This document shows positions 28,240-39,811 of a stretch of DNA of 64,000 bases, in pieces. The notes below the pieces were generated by a model. The model saw only the letters and a program-made list of their open reading frames with translations. It had not been told where the DNA came from and ran no database searches. Source of the stretch: Candidatus Hydrogenedentota bacterium (GTDB taxonomy: Bacteria > Hydrogenedentota > Hydrogenedentia > Hydrogenedentales > SLHB01). The DNA lies in the NCBI GenBank assembly GCA_045863335.1, contig BTVY01000025.1, positions 38,120-102,119 of the forward strand, read 5' to 3'. The stretch's first letter is position 1. Each line of letters starts with the position of its first letter. The position numbers and the translations under genes were made by a program.

Positions 28240-29559
28240 ATGAAGATTGGGCCTTCGCACGATCGCTTGAGCAGCAAGTTGAAGCGTCGCTTCTTGCGCG
28301 AAAGAACATCCCCCTTGATCCCCCTTCAAAGGGGGAATTCTCGCAACACATCGTGTTGCGTTGAGTACGGCCGAACGGCCCCGTTTCGTGGCCGGAACGA
28401 TACAAGTTCAGATCGTCTGCGTCTCGCGCAAACTCCCCCTTTGAAGGGGGATCAAGGGGGATGTTCTTCGCGTTCATTTCGGGATCTGCGGATGGTCTCT
28501 GGAAGATCATGTGCGCGTATCTTCCGCTTGATGGTACTCCTGATTGCAGGCATGGCCATCTGCGTCAGTTCGCTCGGGCAACCGAATGTTGACGATGCTG
28601 ATGCGCTGGCCGAGGAAGTCGCGAGCAAGGGTTGGATCGTTTACAGCGCGCGCGCCGGCAACGGCACGTGGGACCTTTTCCTGGCGCGGCCGGATGGGTC
28701 CGCGGCCCGCAACATCACGAACACTGCAGACCACGAAGAAGCGGCCCCGCGCTTCGCGCCGAACGGGACGCGTATCCTGTATCGGCGGCTTGCCAAAGGA
28801 ACGGAAATCAACCACGACTTGTGGGGATTCCAGGGCGAACTCATCATCTCCAAGCCCGACGGCACGAGCGCCATGGTCTACGGAGAGGACGGTGAATATC
28901 CCTGGGCGTGCTGGTCGGGAGATGGAAAGCAGATCGTCTGCCTTGAGCGAAAGGGGATCAAGGTCGTAAACCTCGGGACGCGTGAGGTCGTCCAGGAACT
29001 GCCACGAAACGGAGTTTATCAACAACTCTTCGCTTCCGCCAATGGGAAGTGGTTCTGCGGGACCGGCAACATTCAGAACGCATCGTGGAATGTCGTGCGG
29101 ATGAATGCGGAGGACGGCGCCGTCAACGCCGTGCACATCTTCCAGAGTTGCACGCCGGATTGGTTTCCGGATTCGGAGCGGATCATCTTCTCGTCGCGGC
29201 CAACGCAGAAATCCAACGATGGGTACGGCTGGACGCAACTGTGGATGGCGAATGCGGACGGCAGCAACGCGAAGCTGATCTACGGCGAGGAGGGCGCGCA
29301 CATCTACGGCGGACAGGTTTCTCCGGATGGCCAGTACGTGCTGTTCACGAAAACCCTGGCCGACGGCGGCGGCGCGGAGGAGAGTGGCGGTCCCATGTTT
29401 CTTATGCGGTTGTCCGATGCGCCGACCATCGGCGGGGAAAGTCCGGAGTTGCGGTCGTTGCATGTGAACACGAAAGACGGGCCCGTGTTGGAGATTGGGA
29501 CGGGTTGGGAACCGCACTGGACCTACGCAGACATCGGCGTGAAGGAGTGGCAAGAATGA
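28240..29559 (+). CDS. Secreted TolB-like (PD40) beta-propeller protein; start 28240 or 28492
   Basis: Repeated P.F.P.G..I / P.WS.DG motifs; hydrophobic signal segment. Confidence 0.75.
   Translation: MKIGPSHDRLSSKLKRRFLRERTSPLIPLQRGNSRNTSCCVEYGRTAPFRGRNDTSSDRLRLAQTPPLKGDQGGCSSRSFRDLRMVSGRSCARIFRLMVLLIAGMAICVSSLGQPNVDDADALAEEVASKGWIVYSARAGNGTWDLFLARPDGSAARNITNTADHEEAAPRFAPNGTRILYRRLAKGTEINHDLWGFQGELIISKPDGTSAMVYGEDGEYPWACWSGDGKQIVCLERKGIKVVNLGTREVVQELPRNGVYQQLFASANGKWFCGTGNIQNASWNVVRMNAEDGAVNAVHIFQSCTPDWFPDSERIIFSSRPTQKSNDGYGWTQLWMANADGSNAKLIYGEEGAHIYGGQVSPDGQYVLFTKTLADGGGAEESGGPMFLMRLSDAPTIGGESPELRSLHVNTKDGPVLEIGTGWEPHWTYADIGVKEWQE
28303..28467. repeat. REP-like inverted doublet (CCCCCTT family)
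   Basis: AGAACATCCCCCTTGATCCCCCTTCAAAGGGGGA ... TCCCCCTTTGAAGGGGGATCAAGGGGGATGTTCT. Confidence 0.9.
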
Positions 29560-30236
29560 CGGGGCGACGGGGGAAGAGCGAGGTTTGCTGCGAAGCACAC
29601 GTAAGAACATCCCCCTTGATCCCCCTTCGAAGGGGGAATTGGAGCGTGCTACGATCTTTTGAACTACACGGTGGCTCCTGCGCTGAAGAAGAGCCTCGGC
29701 TATTCCATTCCGCAACGCGAAGCGTTGCGGACACTCCCCCTTCGAAGGGGGATCAAGGGGGATGTTCTTCTGTGCTCGCGCTCGGCCGTTTGGGAATCGT
29801 GGTCGCCGTCACACTCGCGCTGGCGGGATGTGGCGGTCCCGAGAAGACGGACGGCGCGGACGACAAGGTCACCACGATGGGCAGCATCGAAGTGACCGCG
29901 AAGATTGTCGACATCACGGGAGAGTTTCCGCCGAACGATCTCTATGACTACGCGTATGTGATGAAGTACGAAGTGCTGCAAACCCATCGTGGCGAGGCGC
30001 CACAGATCCTCTACGTGGGTCAGTACAATCCACTCAAGCCGCGTGCGGAAGCGGCCGACGCGCGGTCCGGCGAGATTGGCGGTGACGTGACCGAGTTTCG
30101 CGTGGGCGACGTCCAACGGCTCGCATTGGAAGTGCCCATCGACGAGTACTGCATGGCGGGCATCATCAACAAGTACGCCGAGCAGACGCAGGACCCGATC
30201 TATTGGGCAGTTTGGACGAATCGCGTCGTGCAGTAA
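29556..30236 (+). CDS. Lipoprotein of unknown function; start 29556 or about 29772
   Basis: ATGA overlap with upstream stop; lipobox LAGC; ends 6 bp before the MBOAT gene. Confidence 0.75.
   Translation: MTGRRGKSEVCCEAHVRTSPLIPLRRGNWSVLRSFELHGGSCAEEEPRLFHSATRSVADTPPSKGDQGGCSSVLALGRLGIVVAVTLALAGCGGPEKTDGADDKVTTMGSIEVTAKIVDITGEFPPNDLYDYAYVMKYEVLQTHRGEAPQILYVGQYNPLKPRAEAADARSGEIGGDVTEFRVGDVQRLALEVPIDEYCMAGIINKYAEQTQDPIYWAVWTNRVVQ
29603..29769. repeat. REP-like inverted doublet (CCCCCTT family)
   Basis: Near-perfect arms of about 34 bp matching the other copies. Confidence 0.9.
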
Positions 30237-30242
30237 CCGTCC

Positions 30243-31643
30243 ATGGTCTTCACCTCCCACATCTTCATCTTCTACTTCCTGCCCTTCACGCTGCTGGTCT
30301 ACTACCTGCTTCCGGCGCAGCGCAACCTGTTCCTGCTGGTGATGAGCTATCTCTTCTACGGATGGTGGAATCCGTGGTTTGTCTTGCTCATGTTCTTCGC
30401 CACAGCCGTGAACTTCGCTTGTGGATTCGTCATCGCAGGAAATCCCGAGGGATCGCGGCGACGAAAAACCGCGTTGGTGACGAGCATCGTGGTGAGCCTC
30501 GCAATGCTGGGCTTTTTCAAGTACTTCATGTTCTTCGAGAACAATCTGAACGCCATGCTGGGCGTGCTTGGCGCGAGCGCCCTGCCCGTGATACAGATCA
30601 CGCTGCCCGTCGGGATCTCATTCTTCATCTTTCAGAGCCTGAGTTATCCCATCGACGTGTATCGCGGCGATTCGCCGCCGGTGCGCAACTTTTTCGATTT
30701 CGCCTGCTTCGTTGCGCTCTTCCCCCAACTTATCGCGGGACCCATCGTGCGGTACAACACTATCGCCGGGCAGTTGGTGAAGCGGGACCATACGATGGAA
30801 CGCTTCGCATCCGGCGTGGCCTTGTTTATCCTAGGGTTTGCGAAAAAGATCCTGCTGGCGAACCAAGTCGGCGGCGCAGCGGACGCGGTGTTCGCCGCGG
30901 AATCGCCCGCCACGCTCGATGCGTGGTTCGGCATCGTGGCCTACGCCTTTCAGATCTATTTCGACTTCTCGGCCTATTCCGACATGGCCATTGGACTCGG
31001 CCGCATGTTCGGTTTCGAGTTTCCGCGCAACTTCAATGCGCCGTACCGGTCCGACAGCATCACCGACTTCTGGCGGCGCTGGCACATTTCCCTGTCGACC
31101 TTCCTGCGCGATTACCTCTACATCCCCCTCGGCGGCAACCGGCACGGAGAACGGCGCACCTACATTAATCTCGCGATCGTCATGCTGCTCGGCGGACTCT
31201 GGCACGGCGCGAACTGGACCTTCATTCTGTGGGGCGCGTTCCACGGCGGGCTGTTGGCCTTCGAGCGGTGGCTGGGGAAGGAAAGTCTCTACGCGAAGAT
31301 GCCGCGTCCGTTGCGGGTCGCGCTAACCTTCGTGTTGGTGTTGTTCTCGTGGGTTCTGTTCCGCGCGGTGGACATCCAGTCCGCAGGCGCGTACTTCGCC
31401 GCGTTGTTCGGCCTGAACCAGCCCACTGGCGGATCGCTGCTGCTCGACGCCGTCCTCTACACCCGCGGCAACCTCGCGATCATGGCGCTCTGCGCCGTCT
31501 TCGCCTGGTACGGCGTCCAGGCCCACGACTGGGTGGAGAAGCTGACGATGCCGCGGGCGGTCGTGTTGATTGGATTGTTCGTGCTTTCCTTGATGACCAT
31601 GTTCGTGCAGGCGTTTAATCCGTTCTTGTATTTTCAGTTCTGA
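30243..31643 (+). CDS. algI: MBOAT O-acyltransferase, AlgI/PatA/DltB family
   Basis: LPVGISFF, FPQLIAGPIVRY, FQIYFDFSAYSDMAIG, FWRRWHISLS, GLWHGA, FLYFQF. Confidence 0.9.
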   Translation: MVFTSHIFIFYFLPFTLLVYYLLPAQRNLFLLVMSYLFYGWWNPWFVLLMFFATAVNFACGFVIAGNPEGSRRRKTALVTSIVVSLAMLGFFKYFMFFENNLNAMLGVLGASALPVIQITLPVGISFFIFQSLSYPIDVYRGDSPPVRNFFDFACFVALFPQLIAGPIVRYNTIAGQLVKRDHTMERFASGVALFILGFAKKILLANQVGGAADAVFAAESPATLDAWFGIVAYAFQIYFDFSAYSDMAIGLGRMFGFEFPRNFNAPYRSDSITDFWRRWHISLSTFLRDYLYIPLGGNRHGERRTYINLAIVMLLGGLWHGANWTFILWGAFHGGLLAFERWLGKESLYAKMPRPLRVALTFVLVLFSWVLFRAVDIQSAGAYFAALFGLNQPTGGSLLLDAVLYTRGNLAIMALCAVFAWYGVQAHDWVEKLTMPRAVVLIGLFVLSLMTMFVQAFNPFLYFQF

Positions 31644-31646
31644 CGT

Positions 31647-32255
31647 CTAGTGCCAAAACTCGTACACGTGCTTTCCAACGACTTTCTCTTGTGCGTCGAC
31701 TTCCACAACATACTGCACGAAGTGTCCTCCCCCAAAACTCTCAATCCGGGTTGAGCTGTACTGAAGCAGTGGGTTCGTAGATGTCTGTTCCACCCGGTCA
31801 GGCTTCCCCAGTTGCTGGACGACTTGTTCCTCTGTCAGGCCCGTTAGATTCTGGGATTCGACGTCTGACTTTGTCACGCGATACTCTGTCCAGTCGCGAG
31901 ACATTTCGCCCAGGTAGTTCCGCTGAAGTGTGACTTTTCGCTTTGGAGAATTGTGAATCCAGACGACCTCACCTGCCGTCTCAGCGACCCAAATAGGTGC
32001 ACCAAATTGTGAATAGACCCTATCTATGGTCGCGCCAATGCGAACGAGATCCCATTCGATAGGATGAAAGTCGGACGCATACTGGGTTTTTCCGCTCTAC
32101 CGGAGTTCGTAATAGCCGTAATACGCGGCGCGTGACATTCCGGTTAGCCAGCCCGCAAAGGCAAGGTACGAGGCAACAGCGCAAAGGACGATAAGCGTCA
32201 ACGCCGCGATCGCGCGGAAGGAAAAGATTCTCCTGTTCGCTGCAAACTTTCGCAT
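31647..32255 (-). pseudogene. Membrane-anchored protein with two SmpA/BamE-like segments, interrupted by one in-frame TAG (32097-32099)
   Basis: Manual translation: GGAGG RBS, MRKFAANRRIFSFRAIAALTLIVLCAVASYLAFAGW...YYELR*SGKTQY...VRIGATIDRVYSQFGAP...LTGLTEEQVVQQLGKPD...EFWH; lower GC than the flanks. Confidence 0.7.
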
Positions 32256-32396
32256 GGTCTAGACCTCCCAGCTGGACGCGAACCACGGACTTCTCGCGGT
32301 GCGCAGGCTTTGCTTCAGAGGTGCGGCTGCACCGTACCCTTAGATTACCAATGCCCGTAGACCGCATATACCAGATTCATCCTGGTCCCTACACAT

Positions 32397-32617
32397 GGCC
32401 TGAAAGGCCAAAATACCCCCAGCCCAGGGTTGGGTCGCGAAGCGGCGCTACCCTGGGATTCCGGTCCTCCTAATCCATTCTACCCTGAAAGGGTTCCATA
32501 CTGTCACTACTATTCAACCCTTTCAGGGTAGGTCGAAAAGGACGCCACCGTACCCCGGGTAGGCCTTGCTGCGCGGCGGCCAACCCGGGGCTAGGAGTAT
32601 GTAGGCCCGTTGGGCCA
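32397..32617. repeat. Composite palindromic REP/MITE-like element
   Basis: Perfect inner IR CTACCCTGAAAGGGTT(32480-95)/AACCCTTTCAGGGTAG(32516-31); imperfect outer arms of about 60 bp. Confidence 0.75.
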
Positions 32618-32871
32618 GCTCGACCAAGAGCGCGAAATGCTCCGTCACCGCAACTAATCGTAGCGTCTAACCTAAAGTCGAGGGCAAGCAAACATCAGCC
32701 TACTCGAGCGATCGTGTGAGCGTATCGTCATCAGATTAACGCGTTGGCGCAGACGAGACGCGCACGATTATTTAGCATGCGACTTCTGTCGCGAGCGAGG
32801 ACGCCTTTTCCAAGAACGTTGCATCGCGTATTCGTGCAATCTAGTGTATTTATGATCGACGGAGATTGCGC

Positions 32872-34062
32872 ATGATGTTCAACAGGAAGACGGCCGCACA
32901 ATTGGGCGTCGTTGCCGCGTTCCTCCTCATTATATTCGGCGAGGGGATTGTTCAGGCGGTTATGGAACTGAAGGGCGGCGAACGGCCGCAGGTGGTCGAC
33001 TTGTACACGCGGGCGCCGTCGGAGGCGAACCTGCGGTCCTTCGAGGATCGGCTGGAGAAGGAGGCGTGGTCGGCGCAGGCCTTGCGGCCGGCGATGCAGG
33101 CGGCGCGGTTTGCGGCGTACGGGGACCTCGGCGAGAAGGGGTTGTCGGGACGCGAGGGGTGGCTGTTCTACCAGCCGGGCGTAGACTTTCTCATTGAGCC
33201 GTGGCCGCAGGGCGTGGCCGATGCGCCGGAGGGGTCCGATCCGGTGACGGCGATTTCGGCGTTTCGGGATGCCCTGGCGGAGCGCGGGATCGCGCTGTTG
33301 GTGGTGCCCGCGCCGGGGAAGGCGAGCGTGTGTCCGGATCGGTTGAGCGGGCGGTTTACACGGACCGACACGGACCGACACGGACACACACGGACGTTTT
33401 TGGATCGGTTGGACGCGGCGGGCGTGGCGTATGTGGATTTGTTTGCGGCGTTTGATGCGGCGCGGTCGCAGGCGGACGCTCCCCCGCTCTATCTCGCGCA
33501 GGATACGCATTGGTCGCCGGAGGGGCTGCGGCTGGCGGCGGCGCTGGTGGCCGAACGCGTGGCCGGCGAGGGTTGGGTCGCGCGGGGCGACACGGGCTAC
33601 GACGCACGCACGGTCACCGTCGAACGGGAAGGAGACGTGGTGCGCATGGTGGATTCGCCGGCCGTCTCGGCCGCCTTCAAACCCGAATTGGTGGTGTCTA
33701 CGCAGATTGTGGACCCCGATACCCAGAGGCCGTACGAAGACGATCCCGCGTCGCCCGTGCTGGTGCTTGGAGACAGCTTCCTGCGCATCTACCAGCACGA
33801 CGAGCCAGGGTCCGCGGGGTTCATCGCGCATCTCGCGAAGGAACTCAAGCGCCCGGTGGCCTCTATCGTGAACGACGGCGGCGCGTCGACATTGGTGCGC
33901 CAGGAACTGCAGCGCAAGCCGGAATTGCTGGAGGGCAAGAAGCTGGTCATCTGGGAATTCGTCGAACGCGACCTGCGCTTCGGCATGGAAGGCTGGCAAA
34001 CCGTGTCGTTGCCGCCTGCAACGAAACCCACGACCCCGCCCACTCCTGCGGAAACTTCGTAA
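32872..34062 (+). CDS. AlgJ/AlgX-type SGNH O-acetyltransferase
   Basis: GREGWLFY, PAPGKA, DTHWS, VLGDSF, IWEFVERDL. Confidence 0.85.
   Translation: MMFNRKTAAQLGVVAAFLLIIFGEGIVQAVMELKGGERPQVVDLYTRAPSEANLRSFEDRLEKEAWSAQALRPAMQAARFAAYGDLGEKGLSGREGWLFYQPGVDFLIEPWPQGVADAPEGSDPVTAISAFRDALAERGIALLVVPAPGKASVCPDRLSGRFTRTDTDRHGHTRTFLDRLDAAGVAYVDLFAAFDAARSQADAPPLYLAQDTHWSPEGLRLAAALVAERVAGEGWVARGDTGYDARTVTVEREGDVVRMVDSPAVSAAFKPELVVSTQIVDPDTQRPYEDDPASPVLVLGDSFLRIYQHDEPGSAGFIAHLAKELKRPVASIVNDGGASTLVRQELQRKPELLEGKKLVIWEFVERDLRFGMEGWQTVSLPPATKPTTPPTPAETS
33358..33397 (+). repeat. 10-mer array x4 inside the AlgJ-like CDS
   Basis: ACACGGACCG ACACGGACCG ACACGGACAC ACACGGACGT = TRTDTDRHGHTRT. Confidence 0.9.
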
Positions 34063-34164
34063 CGCGCGATTCCGCTCCGCGCCGCTTTGCCAAGGGTCCG
34101 CCGGGCTATGGTATAGTCGCAGTCGCGACAGGCTTGTGGTACTTATGCGGAAAGGAGTTCGGGG

Positions 34165-34350
34165 ATGCGGGTCCAGACGTTTCTTGGCAAGGTGAACATG
34201 GACGGGTTGAACCTCATGGACGAGCACATCAACCGGTGGCTCGAACAGCATAACGTCGAACCCAAACTGGTCAAACAATCCTTCGGCTACGAGCGCCCCC
34301 AGCAGCAGGGCCAACAGGAACCGGTCATCGTCGTGACGGTCTGGTATTGA
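34165..34350 (+). CDS. Small hypothetical protein (61 aa)
   Basis: AAGGAG RBS, upstream TATAGT -10, protein-like composition ending VTVWY. Confidence 0.75.
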   Translation: MRVQTFLGKVNMDGLNLMDEHINRWLEQHNVEPKLVKQSFGYERPQQQGQQEPVIVVTVWY

Positions 34351-34388
34351 CCGGGAACCGCTCCTCGGCCGCAGAATCGGTAAGGGCT

Positions 34389-34515
34389 GGGACCTAAGGG
34401 ACGAAAAGGACCTAAACGACGTTTCCCGGCCCGTGAATCGTGGTTGGTTCGTTTTGCGCATGCGCCCTTTGGTCCTTCAGATTCGTTCGGTCCCTTCGGT
34501 CCTTTTGGTCCCTTG
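34389..34515. repeat. Inverted pair of 9-mer (GGGACnnnn) micro-arrays
   Basis: GGGACCTAA GGGACGAAA AGGACCTAA ... GGTCCCTTC GGTCCTTTT GGTCCCTTG. Confidence 0.7.
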
Positions 34516-34590
34516 CGTCATGTCACGCGGGGTTTATTTCAGGGCCGCGCGCGTGTCCCGCCCCGTTAAACACTACCCGCGGCCAGTTTC

Positions 34591-34620
34591 TTGACACGCG
34601 CCAGCGCCGTTGGATATCAT
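34591..34620 (+). promoter_or_regulatory. Sigma70 promoter of the tRNA pair
   Basis: TTGACA-18 bp-TATCAT, 10 bp before tRNA-Gln. Confidence 0.75.
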
Positions 34621-34630
34621 TATGACGTAT

Positions 34631-34706
34631 TGCCGGATGGCCAAATTGGTAAGGCGCCTGACTCTGGATCAGGAGACTCCAGGTTCGAGCCCTGGTCCGG
34701 CAACCA
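34631..34706 (+). tRNA. tRNA-Gln (CTG)
   Basis: TGCCGGA/TCCGGCA acceptor stem, CCTGA-CTCTGGA-TCAGG anticodon arm, GGTTCGAG T-loop, encoded CCA. Confidence 0.95.
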
Positions 34707-34746
34707 TATCTATCCCGGGCGACTCGAACCGCCCGTACAAAACCGC

Positions 34747-34821
34747 GGCCCGTTCATCTAGCGGTTAGGATGCGGGATTCTCAGTCCCGTCACAGGGGTT
34801 CGATTCCCCTACGGGCTGCCA
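34747..34821 (+). tRNA. tRNA-Glu (CTC)
   Basis: GGCCCGT/ACGGGCT acceptor stem, CGGGA-TTCTCAG-TCCCG anticodon arm, GGTTCGAT, encoded CCA. Confidence 0.95.
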
Positions 34822-34828
34822 TATTATT

Positions 34829-34876
34829 GCCCCTGGTTCGTGTGGTTTCTGCCGCCATTCATCCCAGGGGCTTTCC
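34829..34876 (+). terminator. Probable terminator after the tRNAs
   Basis: GCCCCTGG...CCAGGGGC followed by TTTCCTTCTT. Confidence 0.55.
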
Positions 34877-35011
34877 TTCTTCGTCGAATCTTTTCTAGGC
34901 CGACGCCCGTCCTGGTCAACCATCTTGGTCAACCATCCTTGTGGAAATAAGACGGGGCCTGTAGAATGCTAACGGGCATGGCGCACGTCTCGGGCCGGGG
35001 GGGGGCTTATC

Positions 35012-35176
35012 ATGCCCGGATATTCCTATCAGTGTCAGGCGTGCCGGAAGAGTTTCACAGTGCATCTGACCATGTCCGATCACGACACGACCCGCGTCAA
35101 ATGTCCCCACTGCGGCGCGCGCAAGGTGCGACAGCTTTTCGGTTCCTTCGGCGTGAGAACGTCGAAGAAGAGCTGA
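35012..35176 (+). CDS. FmdB family zinc-ribbon protein (54 aa; absent from ORF track)
   Basis: MPGYSYQCQACRKSF...VKCPHCGARKVRQLFGSFGVRTSKKS. Confidence 0.9.
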   Translation: MPGYSYQCQACRKSFTVHLTMSDHDTTRVKCPHCGARKVRQLFGSFGVRTSKKS

Positions 35177-35207
35177 CATCCTTGTGGTTTCTGCAGGCGG
35201 CGGGTCC

Positions 35208-38326
<3,119 letters not shown>

Positions 38327-38330
<4 letters not shown>

Positions 38331-39811
38331 TCCACTTCTCCCTGGAGGAACCAGCGCCGCCGTTTCTGGTCGTTGTAGATCCACAGCCACCGGCCGCTCC
38401 GCGTGCGCACGTAGTAATAGGCGCGGGTGATCTCGCGCATCCACCAGGCGCCGGACATGAGGTAGGGCCCGAGGATTTCGTCGATGGGGCCGTCTTGAAA
38501 CCGCGCGATGAGCCATCCGTCCGGCTCGCGCCGCGCGGGCGAGGCCAGGCCGATGGCGGGGGCAAAGATGCGGCGCACGAGCGGCAATGACGCCACGGCT
38601 CGCGCTTCGGGCGCGCGCAAGGTGTGCAGCGCTTCCCACTCAAACCGCGCTTCGGGCAGATGGCCCTCGCGCAGCCGCGCACGGACGATGGCGTCGTTCC
38701 CAAGTTCCGCGCGAAGGGCGGCGAAGGCGCGATGGATGGCGTCCCGGTTGCGCTGCGGTTTGTCGTGGAACAGATCGAGTTGGCCCGGCGCGTAGGACAC
38801 GCCTTCCGCGCGCAGCGTCAGTTCCACCACGCCCGAGGTGAGCGCCAACGATTCCAGTCGGAGCCGGATCAACGGCAGCAAAGGTTCCGCCTCATTCACC
38901 GGCGTCGCGGGGGACAGTTCCTCCTCGCGCGTATCGCGGTTATCGAGCGTCATGGCGAGTTGCAGCGACGTGAGGTATTCATGATGCGCGCGCAGATCGT
39001 CGAGCACGCCTTCCAATAAAGGTTCAATGGCGAGCAGCAACCGTTCCGTGTTGGTCTCGGGATAGTCGAGGTACACGGTGCGTTCGATGGGTTCGCGCAA
39101 AGGGTGCGGCGTCAGCGGCGCCCAGCCTTCCCCGCGCGCGAGTTGATGCAACCCCTCCGCGTCGGGTCCGAACCGTTTGCGGATGCCCGCCGCGGGCAGA
39201 TCGGCGAACTGCCCCAGGGTTTCGATGCCGAGTTTGAACAAGGTATCGCGCAAATCCGGCGTGATGCCCAACCGCGCAATCGGCACGGCCCGCAGATGCG
39301 CGCGTTCTTCGCCGGGGTCCTGAAACAGCACCACGCCCGAACGCGCCTTGGCGGCGGCGTAGCTTCCGAAGCGGGAAAACCCCACGGCGACTACCGCGTA
39401 GAATCCCGCAGTGTGGAGATCGTTACGGACGCAGTCCGCCCAGCGTTCCAGCGAGGGATAGAGTCCCAGCATGCCCGACGCGTCGAGCCAGAACACGCCC
39501 GGTTCGTCGGCACAGGGTTGGATGCCGGGACTGAAACACCAGAGGCGGTGCGAAAGAAATTCGGCCATCTCCGCGACGGCCGGTTCGGGCACCTCACCCG
39601 CGCGGAGGTCGCGCGCGAGGGACAGGCCCGTGGCGTAGCGCATGCCGGGGAGTATCCGGCGGGACCGCGCCACCTCGTTCACCCATTGGATGATGCCGAG
39701 GGGCTTGTCGCGATCAACCACGGCCACCGGTTTGCCGTCCCAGTCGGGATGGTCGCGCAGCAGCATCTGCAGAGGCAGGGCGGGGACATTAACACAAGCC
39801 GTCCGGTCCAC
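38327..39811 (-). CDS. imuB: ImuB, Y-family polymerase-like mutasome subunit
   Basis: GGAGG + GTG; GILPGM-like, FWLDASG, QLDLF clamp motif, [23 protein letters not shown]. Confidence 0.9.

Noticed and set aside
32097-32099. Pyrrolysine or stop-codon reassignment
   Set aside because: TAG is used as a normal stop by many genes in this window and no pyl genes are present; a nonsense mutation is the simpler explanation.
38331-38639. N-terminal extension of DnaE2 in the ORF track (1143 aa)
   Set aside because: It overlaps the imuB 3' end in another frame; the ATG at 38330 gives the normal ATGA-type coupling and PHP start.
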